Source: Octopus bimaculoides (Eukaryota). From it: a stretch of 64,000 bases of DNA. The stretch is taken from NCBI RefSeq assembly GCF_001194135.2, contig NC_068992.1, positions 68,256,378 to 68,320,377 of the forward strand, in the 5' to 3' direction. The notes beneath the pieces are model-generated. The model was not told the origin of the DNA, searched no databases, and saw only the letters and a program-made list of their open reading frames with translations. This document shows, piece by piece, positions 38,400 to 50,929 of this stretch. A program made the position numbers and the translations under genes. Each line of letters opens with the position of its first letter. The first letter of the stretch is position 1.

Positions 38400-38580
38400 G
38401 GCGGTAAGCTGGCAGAATCGTTAGCATGCCGGGGAAAATGCATAGCGACACTTCGTCCGTCTTCACGTTCTGAGTTCAAATTCCGCCAACGTGGACTCTG
38501 GCTTTCATTCTTTCAGGGTCGATAAAATAAGTACCAGTTGATTACTTGGGTCGATATAATCCGTAATCCATTTATCTCCC
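38398..38580 (+). mobile_element. SINE family B copy 2 of the tandem trio
   Basis: aaggcggtaagctggcagaatcgttagc...gttctgagttcaaattccgcc...gggtcgataaaataagtaccag. Confidence 0.85.
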
Positions 38581-38635
38581 CCCCCCCCACACACACACAC
38601 ATACACACCACGAACTTCTTGGTGTTATTGTCATT

Positions 38636-38840
38636 AAGGTGGCGAACTAGCAGAATCGCTATCGAGCTTTTTGGCATTTCTTCCGTTTCTTGGTTCTAAG
38701 TTCAAATCCCGCCAAAGGCGACTTTGCCTTTCATCATTTCGAAGTTGATAAAAGAAGTACCATTGGAGCATTGGGGTCGATGTAGACAATTAACCTCCTA
38801 CCCACACCATTTCAGGCTTGTGCCTTTAGTAAACGGGATT
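38636..38840 (+). mobile_element. SINE family B copy 3 of the tandem trio
   Basis: aaggtggcgaactagcagaatcg...agttcaaatcccgcc...gactttgcctttcatc...ggggtcgatg...atttcaggcttgtgcctttagta. Confidence 0.82.
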
Positions 38841-39588
38841 TTATTATTATTAAATGAAAAACATTTGTGGCAGAATCATTAATATCGGACAAAATACTCT
38901 CCAGTAGAGTTAAGTCTTGTAACTGGTGTTTGCCTTAATCCGAATCCAAAATTCCCTCTTCTTCGATTCAGGAAATTGACTGGGCGGATAATAGATATAA
39001 AGATTACAGATTTCAGTAACAGGTATATCATCCCAGTTTCGGGAAAGTAAAAGACGATGATGTCAGCACAAGAGAATCCAATCGTGACCATTGAGCTCAA
39101 TCAAACAAAAGATATTAGTCTCCGAAAAATAAGTAAAAAAAAAATAATAATAAAGGGCCGTCTAACAGCCTTTCACCATGTAGCTGTTGGGCTTCTGCAG
39201 TAGATTTAACAAATAGACAGAATTGTGATAAGCACTACTATTATGAGGAGTGGGGAACAACTTCCTGTTCTTTTTCTGCTGTTCTGTCGCACCGTTGTCT
39301 TACACAAGTTATTGTATGAAGGATTGAAATCTCGGATTTCTTTCCGCTTATTGTTCAAATAATGGTCTTTAACTTCTGAGCACAAATTTCATCGGGGTGA
39401 GCATCACCTGACGTTAGAAATGATAATGTTTAGAGTTGAAAAGGGAGATTGTGATTGTGTTCTTAGATGAAGTCTCAGTCCGGATTAAAAACAGTATTTT
39501 CCACTCCATAAATTTATCTTTACCTATTCCTTCGAGATTGTTGCCTTGCGGAAATATAACATAGTACTAAGAGCGTATATATATAGAG

Positions 39589-39960
39589 ATGAGAAATATT
39601 GGTATCCAGAAGACCCAAGGTGGCAGGTAAGGCTATGTAAGCGCTACGGGAGGCCAGTAGTTAGACTCTCGGTTCGATAATAATACGTGTGAGGAGTCGA
39701 ATGCAGGTCTTGTGTGAGTATGTATATGTTAAATAAATTGAGACAACAAAACCAAGGCTGTGTGGAATTTCTAGGACATTTATGAAGAGGGAGGTAGTCT
39801 TACTGCTGTTTCGGGGATATTAGGGATAGCCGTTCATCAGAGAAGATATGAAAGGGTTAACTAGAGGGAACTAGTAGAGTTCAATATAAGGAGATATTTT
39901 GGAAAAGGATGGATATAGGAAGTATAAAGGGAAATAAGAGAATAAAAATATAAGTAAAAA
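39589..39960 (-). mobile_element. Non-coding hammerhead-bearing repeat (Penelope pLTR-like or retrozyme-like)
   Basis: Aligns by eye over about 230 nt with the inverted copy at 39975-40200, and in two parts with 41955-42086. Pyrimidine-rich leader, hammerhead, then a conserved ~75-nt block and a CA tract. Confidence 0.6.
39797..39844 (-). ncRNA. Type I hammerhead ribozyme motif (copy 2), decayed
   Basis: Minus strand: ttct-CTGATGA-acggctatccctaatatcccc-GAAA-cagcag-TA-agac. Stems I, II and III carry mismatches relative to copy 3. Confidence 0.5.
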
Positions 39961-39974
39961 TATATGTATATATC

Positions 39975-40200
39975 TCTACTTTTATTTTATTGATATTCCC
40001 ATTTTTTTCCAAAATAACTCCTTTTATTGAACTCTACTATTTCCCTCATATCGTCTCTGATGAAGGGATATCCCTGATATCCCAGAAACAGTTGTAAGAC
40101 TACCTTTCGCTTTATAAAATGTCCTATAAATTCCACACAGCCTTGGTTTTGATGTCTCATCTTATTTAACACATATTCACACACACATACCCCCCCCCAC
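39975..40200 (+). mobile_element. Second copy of the hammerhead-bearing repeat, inverted relative to 39589-39960
   Basis: e.g. gtcctataaattccacacagccttggttttgatgtctc is the reverse complement of gagacaacaaaaccaaggctgtgtggaatttctaggac (about 39740-39777) with few mismatches. Confidence 0.65.
40053..40100 (+). ncRNA. Minimal type I hammerhead ribozyme motif (copy 3), GUA cleavage triplet
   Basis: GTCT-CTGATGA-aGGGATATccctgATATCCCa-GAAA-CAGTTG-TA-AGAC. 4-bp stem I, 7-bp stem II with an extra A on each side, short near-palindromic stem III. Confidence 0.68.
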
Positions 40201-41216
40201 ACACACACACACACATATATTTATGCATCAATGCGTATGTTAAATGATCGTTATGTGCTGGTTATTATTAATACCCAAATTATGAAATGTGGTTAAACTA
40301 TCAGAAAAAAATGTTCATGAGACAGGTGTAAGACAACAACCTAGATTACACTTCTTACTACACAATTTTGTTAGCTTCTCCCATCTACTAATTTTTATCG
40401 TTACAGCCACATGAAGTTTAATATCAGTATTTTAATTTTATATTTCGTATAATATTACAAGAAACGATTATTCCATTGTTTCAAACTCCTTCTACAACCA
40501 TGAGAAACCCTCAACACATACCCACACTTAGTTTATATTGACAGCAATCGACGATATCGGAGAAAGAAGTATAAAATATATAATGGACAAGGTTTTCAAA
40601 AGAAATAAGTTGCAGTTAGTTGATTAGCCATAAAGAGGAAATATGAAACATTTGCTCATTATGTTTCGACTGCTGTTAAGATAAGAAGCAAGATGAGTAA
40701 ATAAATATCGCCAGAAGGCTGCTAAATCGAAATGATATTTCTGACAAACGGAAAAATCTGTTACAGGCGATCCTAAACAACCTGTTTCCTACAGAACACG
40801 ATGATTTTAATATTGAATACAAAAGATGACCCCAGGATTGTCTTAAAATGCTTTGGTCCCATCCAAGAAATACTATTGTATAGTATAGTGTATGCTATAC
40901 AATGATAATCAAATGTATATCAGAAAGGGAACCGGAAAATATGAAGCTAACAATCTTGTCACCAAAACATTAACCTCTTAAGATGTCGCACGCGCGCATA
41001 TGTTCATCCTGGTCTTCCATTCATAACCAGTGTCTAATGGCCTGTTGATGGAACGGATAAAATGTCACAAAAATAAGAGTATCAGGATGCATATCGATAT
41101 TCACGACAAATGCAAAATGGCAATACTTCTTGTACAAGAATTATTAGATGCTCATAAAAACGCAGTTGGAACTTACCATTTCCGGAGACAATAATGAATA
41201 TTGCAATAATTAACGA

Positions 41217-41257
<41 letters not shown>

Positions 41258-41819
41258 CGTAAAAAATGTTTCGACATTAAGCACGATTTACAAATGTCTA
41301 TGGCCATAGTGTAAAAAGCATTTTCTACAAAGACGTGATATATTATGCAACAGACTTTTTGATTGAACTTGAACAAGAGAAATAGAGATTATTTAATCAT
41401 AATACATGAACATATACAGAAATATAAGCTTATCTGTCTATGGCAGTATTTCCTTCAGTGACGGTGACTTTAACAACTTAATGTATACAGTTACTCGATT
41501 TCCTATGGCGTGCGAAAGCTTCTGTTATTCTCTTAGACATGAAATGAATATAGACCAACTGATATTATTGTTGAAATAGTGTTTGGATTCCTAGCCGCTA
41601 GCTCTCTTGAATATTTCATTGATTATTCTGTAGTGCTGTTATCGTATGTTTGAAAATTCTCTCCCGGCTTTGTATTATTTTAATGCAGTTTCGTGTATTG
41701 GTCCGATTACACTGATACTTTCATAAGTTGTACGCAATACAAAGTGTTGATCTTTATAATTTCCATTTAACAGTTCCATGTTTCCGACCCATTGCCACAT
41801 TTTGTTCCCACACGATAAA

Positions 41820-41820
<1 letters not shown>

Positions 41821-41860
<40 letters not shown>

Positions 41861-41885
41861 NNNNNNNNNNNNNNNNNNNNNNNNN

Positions 41886-41954
<69 letters not shown>
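41821..41954. repeat. (TA)n-gap-(CA)n microsatellite
   Basis: Direct reading; abuts the hammerhead-family fragment at 41955. Confidence 0.95.
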
Positions 41955-41957
<3 letters not shown>

Positions 41958-42086
41958 TAGATAAAATGAAACAACAAGGCCAAGGGTGTGTTGAATTTTC
42001 AGGACATTTGTAAAGAGGAAGCTAGTCTTTATCTTTATAAAACGTTACTTGCCACCTTGGGTCTTCTAGATAGCAATACTTCTCAT
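41955..42086. mobile_element. Rearranged fragments of the hammerhead-bearing repeat (minus-oriented post-cleavage block plus plus-oriented tail)
   Basis: 41955-42029 aligns with 39725-39801; 42045-42086 is 38/42 identical to the reverse complement of 39589-39630. Confidence 0.6.
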
Positions 42087-42327
42087 ATATATAATATAAT
42101 ATAATATAATATCAAAACAAGCAACAAGATATCAAGCGGCTCCATTTAATTGAGCAATGCAATCATTACCTCAATGTAAATGCAGTATCATCTTTAGCTT
42201 CACAAATAAATAATTTTAACCAGCCGGACATATAAATATAATTTTTCTCAAATACTTTAGCAGAGCTATTAGTATAGTATAGTATTATAGCTAAGAATAG
42301 ACTACACTTCCAAGAATCGCATGAAGC

Positions 42328-42377
<50 letters not shown>

Positions 42378-42529
42378 ATGAGATCAAGAGACCAATGGCA
42401 TAAGTAAATTTATATTTTATATATACACACGCTAATACACGACTCATGTTATATTCCCCATTCATGTTACAATCACATCTGGGGCATAACTAGTCGGTAT
42501 ACAGCACTTATTCGGTAATACCTGTATCT

Positions 42530-43115
42530 TTAGGGTCTGGATGATTCCATTACCCTTCATATATCACTAAACCTCTTCTGATGTGTGGCATTTGGTGGAT
42601 GAGAGAGTTTGACGTTGTTACCCTCATCTGTGTTTCTTGCTTTGAGGCAGGCTGATCCGGAACTCATAACAGAAGGAGATCCAGTTTTGTTTTGAAAAAG
42701 CCTACGTGCACGCTATGCAGGTCTCTCTGGCTTTGTGGGAGGATATTGAAAAGTTGTGGGTCTTTGAAGCCCAAGTTGTAGCAGTATCCGGTTCTTATTC
42801 TGATGGCAATGTTGGGAATTTTGGTTTATGCTGTGGCGCCCCGTCCTGCAATTTATGTAACTGACAATGCTAAAGGTCTTCTATGATTTTTCAGATGTAT
42901 ATTACTGCATATCTTTCCTTCCTTCGCTCGAGGGAGTAGAGTTTTAACTCTTTCAGTCTCTCTCATTAGCTAATATGTCGCATTGTGTTAATCTTCTTCG
43001 TGTAGCTTCGCTGGATCGTCTCGAGTTCCGTCGTTACTTTTACAGTTTGGTGACCACAGTTAAGAGTAGTAATCCAGACGGCCGAGAACGAAAATTCTCC
43101 AGATGACTATCATGG
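42530..43115 (-). mobile_element. 3' fragment of a CR1-clade LINE (ORF2 C-terminus), same family as 24740-26990
   Basis: Minus-strand LGRLDYYS*LWSP...ELETIQRSYTKKINTMRHIS**ERLKELKLYSLERRKERYAVIYI*KII. Its start overlaps the end of the 24.7-27.0 kb copy (ccatga...tggtcacc...gaact.gag..atcca..gaagctacacgaag). Confidence 0.82.
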
Positions 43116-43382
43116 TTTCTTTTTCTCTTGTATAGAAACTTCAAAGGATCTATCGGGTCAAGCGTCTGAATTTCAATATATCAGCATTTATTGGTTTCTT
43201 AACGTGTAGGCATTTACCAAAGATGGGTATAATTTTAACAGAAAGTCGAAATAAATTACGTATAAATAAAACTGCGCTTGTTTTTGACAGTCAACTATTT
43301 TGATCGATTATTGAGATAAGAGTAACGTGTTTAGGTCAGTCTATGGTTCAAATAGTATTCTCCAAGACTGCACACGCACACA

Positions 43383-43427
<45 letters not shown>

Positions 43428-44311
43428 GCGCGCGCTTGTTTGTATGATCATTATCGGTACGGCCCTGACACCAGCTAAGTGACGTTTGACTTTACCTCAG
43501 TATTACGTTAAATTTATTCATGCCGTGGAGTGTTCATCCAGTTACACGTTAAGTCGATGAACATTTATGTTTATCGAACAAGTGAAACCTCATCGCCCAT
43601 CGCCTGGAAACCACCACCGCCACCAATCACAGATCACAAATTCCGATCGTAAATTTATACAACTATGAACTAATTTTTAATGACATTACTCTAACAATGA
43701 ATTTATTCGCACAATTTATGAACGACTAACTGAATGGCAAGACATTTCTATGTTAGTTTGTTATAAACCATTACCAAAATAAAAACTGTAATTTTGTACT
43801 AAAGTTGTCGACTAACTTTAGATTATAAAAATTTCAAATAATTATGTCAATTTGGAGAAAAAATCGATGTTGCAAACAATGAATTATATTTCAAAGTTAG
43901 AACGGTTTAAGTGGATATATCGGCATTATTTATTGTCATTTATGGAACGGCCAGAATCATGCACATTAATTATTGAATTGTTATTAGCAATAATAGGTTT
44001 GATAAAATGTAACAAAACAGAACTTAGTGTCCAAGCCTATACGTAACAATAATAGCATGTTGTTTCAAGTTAAGGAGAAAATAGATCATATAGTTGTTAA
44101 TATAATGCACACTGTTTAATCAAATACCTATTATATTGTTGATATGAATCTAAACAATCACAACCAGAATATTTATGTTCCACTGAGGAAACTTAAGATG
44201 TTTGAATTAGAATGTAGACATACTGTTTTGCAAAATATCAAGTTCGATTTTGTTATTCTCCCCATAATATTGACAATATGATTTATTTTAAATAATACAA
44301 TTTTTATTCTG

Positions 44312-44365
<54 letters not shown>

Positions 44366-44408
44366 TTTTCTCTCTCTCTCTCTCTTTTTCTCTCTCTCTC
44401 TCTCTTTT

Positions 44409-44528
<120 letters not shown>

Positions 44529-45404
44529 GAAATACAAAAGTGGTGCCTAAATTTGAAATCAATATTCAATGATACAATTATGAACAAATTTTACAATTAC
44601 CGTTCTTGTTGAACCTAGAAATGACGAAACACGACCCCTTCTCTGGGACCCATGCACTTAGTAAACTAACGCCACATTTTGCCGAATGTCATGTTTGCAC
44701 AGATCACCTATCCATATCGTGGAAGCAAAATTGACTACAACTGTAGTTCACTCTCGCTTCAAAACTCTTTACTGTAGCTTCTGTGTTTCATCATTCCTAA
44801 AAATAAGAGATTAGTTTGTGGATAGATTTTCATTTGGACATTTTAAGTTCCTACTTTCAGAGCTTTCAAAATTGGTGCCAAACGCCTTTAATTTCCAAAT
44901 GTTTACTTACATAGAGTACCTACCAGTGCTGTCTAAGTTTGTTTTTAGCTTTTACAAGAAAAATAATTCTGACTTCAGCAAGGCACATGTACAGGACTTC
45001 CTTTGTGACGTTGGGAAAAGTTAACACTCGTGGGCGGAACATAATCATACTGCTGCGCTTTTGTTCTTTCCGCACAAAATTTTCCATACCAAGAATTTTC
45101 TTGGTATGGAAAATTTGTTGGAAAGAACACTCTCGAAAGATAAGGATATATTTTTCAAATGGAAGTGTTGCAACCACTGAGAAATCTGTGCTGTTATCGT
45201 GATTGCTTGTGACTCTGCGATTTTCTTTCTTTTTTTCTTTTGGGTGCTAGCGATCCGTCAGCTCACTGCCTTGGTAATGATAATAATGAGTGGAAGACTT
45301 CTGGTATCAAGTAAATGGAAGTATTGACATGTAAATGTTTTGTCATGGTACAAAAAAACAAAAACGAGCTACTGCAAATGTTCTGCTCAATACAACACAG
45401 ATTT

Positions 45405-45835
45405 GCTTATCAGTTGCTTAACTTTAACCAATTCAGCATGTCCCTGAGTGGCTGACGATGTGTGCATCTCTGATCATGAGCAGAAGTAATGGGGCAGCAT
45501 CATAGCCGTATGTTGAGAGGAATTCTTTGTATTTGAATAATTTACCTCTAGAAACATTGATGTTTCATTCACCATCCTTAAACCAACCTTATTCAGGGGC
45601 CTCTTGAGCGAGATGGGCTACTCAACCTGAAGAAAATTCTAACTGGGTTTCCACTTGCAAAGGCATGCGCTGTTTATCTGGATATGAGATCACCATGTCG
45701 CGCTCGTATGGTTGTGAGGCATGCGCCTAGTGTACCCTCATCAGGAGAGTAGTCATTATGGGTATATTGGGCTTCGTGTATTTGTACCCCGGTTTCACTT
45801 TGATGGCATGTCCTTCTCTCTCACTCGATGATAAT
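45405..45835. mobile_element. Interspersed repeat of unclassified type
   Basis: Higher-complexity block (cagcatgtccc...gagcagaagta...aactggg...gatatgagatcaccatgtcgcg...gtgtaccct...cactttgatggcatg...ctctctcactcgat) that I recall as an abundant octopus repeat. No second copy in this window, so this rests on recall only. Confidence 0.4.
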
Positions 45836-48243
45836 AATTCAAAATTTTTAATAATACCCTAGTAAATTTCCTTTAACATTTCGCCAGATACTTCTACGTT
45901 TAAAGATTGTGCTCATATGCACTTGTGGTGCTTGCGTTTATATTTCTACGCATCACTTGGAGTATACATGCTTTCTGTTGCCTATGAGTGTTAACGCACC
46001 TCAAGTGATCTTTGTATTTTGCTAATTTGTTCCTTTTAACAACATTTATGTTAATTCAATATTAATGCTCCAGCATACTATCGATTTCACAACTATTGTT
46101 CGTAAGAAGAAAAGTTTTGCTTGTAATGTAAAACCGGAACTGAGGATCTTTTGAGACAGTTACGGCTGTCCTAGAAAACATTAGACAAAGCACAATGGAC
46201 GCTACGTTATATGCTTTCAGTGCAACGCAAATCTAGACAAAATAGTAGATTTTTAATTCACCGCTCGCTCTCACACCACCGCCTACACTGACTTTTGTAG
46301 AATATATGCTGTAGTAAGCAACCGGCCTTAGTTTTCAATCTCAATGCGACTAGTTTCGTTTCTTCTACCAGACATCAAAAGTAATCCTTGGTTCTGGTTT
46401 TCCCTCTGAGACTAAATTATGTAGAAATTAGAAGAAAAAAAATTAACTAATCTTATATTAGAATGCGTGGTGATAATTGTTTTTTTACATTGTTAGGATA
46501 AATGCATATTTACAATATACATAATATTTCTCATGTATATTTTAAATATACAAGGAATATATAGAAATTTGTGTCATTCATTCTTTGCCAAGTGCATTTT
46601 TGCAATAAAAAAAACTGAGGAAATGTTACAATTGTGTAATTTGAACCACCTAGCTTACAATGTGCTTTACTACACTCACTATGCTCACATAAAAATTATC
46701 GCTATTTTAATCATTATTCATGCTTTGGAGATTAATGGTTTCGCTGTTGTCCATTGTTTAGCAAAGCAATTTTTTTATTATTTCAGCTTTGGTTTCCGTA
46801 ACAACTGTTCCACATATTATGGCGCCAGTATATCGAAAATTGCCTCTATCACTTCAGTCATCATGAAATTTAATTCATATCAATAGGAAGAACGATTTCC
46901 TAGCGAATTATTTGCTTGGTTAATTCTTTTCCTATTCAGAATGGCAAATGTTTTATGTTTTTCATTTGAAAAGAAATTTACAATTATGTAAAGCATTCTG
47001 CGGGGAAATAAAAATCAATAAGCTATCCTGAGGATAACCTATTAAATATCTTAATATTTAAATATCCCGAAGCATTCAATAGAAACCAAAAGGTTTGCTA
47101 AAGAAAACTAGACAAGGCAAAAAAAAATGGATAGAAATGATAATTCTGAAAACAAATTATTTCGTTCGCTATAAAATTCTAGTCATTTTTTTTTTTCATA
47201 TATCGTCTTAATTGTTAGAAATTTTCAGCGGATCAGGTAAACATAAAACCACAAATACATTCGATCAATAAAGAGTTTTTATAGATTCAGACATTTATTT
47301 GTTATGCAATTTTTATAAGCAAGGTATTGTGCGGATAATTTACTTTCTATGTTTGTTTTTTTTATTTGTTTATTTTTTGTTGTTCTTTTGTTGTCTTTGC
47401 ATTGCACGTCAGGTAAATTTATTGGCAAATCAATATAAAAAATCCAAGTTATCTATGATCTTGTAAAAATTTATGAGTGATAATGTTGGAGTGTCTCCTG
47501 ATAAATATCCATTTCATGATAGGTTTGTGAGTAAAGTTACTGAGGCATAGGGCAGTGTATTGTTTTCCATATTCACAAATTATTGACCTGCTTAAATGAC
47601 AATCGCTTACAACAAGAAACATTAGCACTAATTGTTACTTCAGTAAAAAAGAAAAACAGAGAGGCTATATTCTACAGAAAAGTCAATGGAGAAATGCATT
47701 ATATATATATATTTATATAGGAGATATGAAATAGATGTGTAATTTATATTATTGGTCATTAGCAATAAATGAAAGGTAAAGCTGACAACTGTAGGATTAG
47801 TAGTAAGGACATAAAGTAATGAAATTAATAAGTCAAGACAGTTCCTACAGCTGTTTTCCTTGGAGCATTCAATCAATTTTCCTCGTTAATAATATTACAC
47901 GGTTAACTCCCACAAACACAGTCATATGTTAAGAATTTCGGTACAAACTCACAAATTCCTCGGATGCATACCAATGTGTGTCATCTTGGTCAAGCGTGTT
48001 TTGACATTAACTCAAGTCAACCCAAACCTGGTCTATGAAATTGAGATGGAACCTGTGTAGAAGCTCATCGAGCTGTTCAAACCTGTAATATATAACTCCA
48101 GTTTTGTCAAGCTGTATCCTGCCGTTTCCATTTGAATGCCAATGGCACATCTCTGGAGAATATTTAGCTACTTATACTTAGTACATAGGAAGATAATTCA
48201 GGTAACCGAACAACCGAATAACAATCGACGAAACCGATGGATG

Positions 48244-48288
<45 letters not shown>

Positions 48289-49830
48289 CTTGAGTTCTAC
48301 AGGTGTAACCCAGTGAGAACTGTTGCATAACTGGGTCGTTAGCGGCTAAACCAGTGACACTACAAAGCCTGCTTGATGAGCAGAATAGTTCTTGGATGCA
48401 CGGCCATAGTATACCAAAGGTCATCAAAAGTTGGATCGACTCAGCTGGAGCAACGGTTACCCAATTATATTATGTATTTATGTGCGAGTACTTAGAAATT
48501 TCGGGTTTGGCATGCAGGTGCAAATTTAACTTATCCTTTTCGGTTGGACTCCAAACCGCGGTGAAGATAATATTCAGGAGTTGAACTTTAATAGAAAAAC
48601 GCTATTAAATGAGTTTATGACAAACATTTATATCAACTTTCTGCTATCAGCACTTGCCAAACGCGTTGCTGACCCCACACAGGCTTTCGCCACTACAAAC
48701 AAATCATTTCATCTGTGTACATTGACTAACACCAATAATATTAATTGTTGGGTCTTCAAGCGTTTATGTTCCTAAAAGAGACAATTTGATGTGATTTTTC
48801 AAGTTCAATGTAAGTTGCTACTCTGTAGGAGTGCTGGCTGGTTGCCGTAGACAATACACGGAAGCAGGTCAAAGGAAGAAGTCTGCTACTTCAATATTTA
48901 GCTTTGGTGTGTATGTACTATGCAAATTTCGTTTTGGTTTGCACTCCGCAAGTAAAAGTTATCGCTCAAGATAAAAACAGATGCCAAACGTGTTTGTAAC
49001 TAGCCTCGCTTTCATTTCATATTGGATGTAAGTGAAAAGTTATTGAGTGACCTAAGAATCAATAATTCATACCCATACTGGTATACTCAATTTTTGAATC
49101 AGTGGGTCAACACTCTCTAACGAACATAGTAGCTATTCAGTAATTACTGAGGTTATATCATATAGTTCTAACAGTGGGCGTTACGTAAGAAATTCATTGA
49201 AGGAGCAGTTGTCTAGTAACAACGATAACAAAAGGACATCACGCATATAGTAATGGTAGCCGACGTTTGTGTGGGGTGGCAGAGTAATCCACTCTCAGAT
49301 AAGTAAGCAGCAAGATAATTGTATTCCAACAGCTGCTGATAACTGAATCAGTTTAGTAGGTCGAAAGTGTAATATTTGTTAGGCAGTTTTAAAGATGTCG
49401 CATATTTGTCGTATCTGAGAGATCAGAGTGAGATATTTTAGTAAAAACATGAGTAGAGAATATATCTCAGTTTGTTTGCGCTTGTGTTTAGCCATGATTG
49501 TCAGTTGTGATTTAGGAGACTCACGATCATAGACATTCTACCAATGATTATCCCGCCGTCTTTTATTCTTCCAGTATGGGCTAGAAGCAATAAGCAAACA
49601 TATTTCATGAAATTAAACGACAACGATTAAGGTGTAAACTAAATGATTTAAGTAATCATAAATTATTTACTTTAATATACATTAGAATTACTTTGATGCT
49701 CATTTCACTTTATAGAGGAATTCATAAAAATGGTGCAGAAATATGTTCAAAATAATTTAAAATTGAAATTGTGTTTCTTCTGATTACATGAACGAAATTC
49801 TACCGAATGGATTTAACGATATCCTCTCAT

Positions 49831-49977
49831 ATTTATTTCTTTATTGCCTACAGGGGGCTAAACATAGAGAAGACAAACAAGGACAAACAAAGGAATTAAG
49901 TCGATTACATCGACCCCAGTGCGTAACTGGTACTTATTTAATAGACTTCTGAAAGATGAAAGGCAAAGTCGGCCTCG
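49831..49977 (-). mobile_element. SINE family B, 5'-truncated, tail type 1
   Basis: Near-collinear with 8945-9100 (ggggctaaaca...gacaaacaaggaca...ttaagtcgatta.atcgaccc.agtgcgtaactggtacttatttaat). Confidence 0.85.
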
Positions 49978-50929
49978 ATATCACCTTGTATTAAACGATG
50001 AGATAATGTATTATTTTTTTTGAAATCTCAGTCAGAATCGTTTCTTGTAATGCCAATTTATTTTAGAGGCATTTTATTCTGGAGTTATAACATTATAGTA
50101 TTTTATTCCAGTTAGATATTCTACAAACCGTATTTGAGAGTATATATTTCCATTTATTACTTTTAATATTTATTTCGCTAGTAATAAGCACCAGATTTAT
50201 CGGGCAAAATGTATATCAAATCGAGACTGTGATGTGGCTAGAACTGACGTCATTGCAGTTGTAGGGATAAAACAATGATAAGGGTGATTCTAGTAGGATT
50301 TTAAAACATCATTATTTCACATTTTACTGGAGAGACAAACCTTCCTTTTTAGAGTAAATATACTGAGCTGAGTATTTTACTAGTTCCTGTATCTCTGTTA
50401 ACATAACTCATCTTAACGATCATGGTGCCATTGATATGATTAACCAGCATTAACAGATAGAGAGATAGTTCATACAGATAGTTCATACATTTATTTTAAA
50501 GACGAAAGGTTATAATTAAGAGAAGGAAATTAATTGAATTGCTCTAAATATAGACAGGCTTTGTTATATTTTCCTTTTATTTAATCCAGTAACACTAAAA
50601 AAATTGCTAAGATTATACTTAGAATGAGCAAACCGACAAAAACGTGTAAGACATATCAGTGCTCTAACGTCTCAAATGCTACAATTAGATTATGTATATT
50701 CGTTCGAATGACAAGAAACAACAGCCAAATCTGAAATCATTTTCCAATGTTCTGTTAGGTAATTAGTAGTAGATTCCACCAACGAAGTGTACGTTCACGG
50801 TCCAATTTACTAATTTTTCATTTACGTGTTACTTCAGATATATCCTGGGTCTAAAGAACGCCAACACTTAGAAACTTAATATTTAGGTCCTTAGAAAGGA
50901 TAGTTTTTTTTCTATCTTATGGTATTTCA

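Noticed and set aside
49190-49420. Minus-strand scraps FRPTKL / YLSESGLL resembling LINE RT; similar KVTFVMPMFK at about 59400-59440 (+)
   Set aside because: Too degraded to support a feature call.
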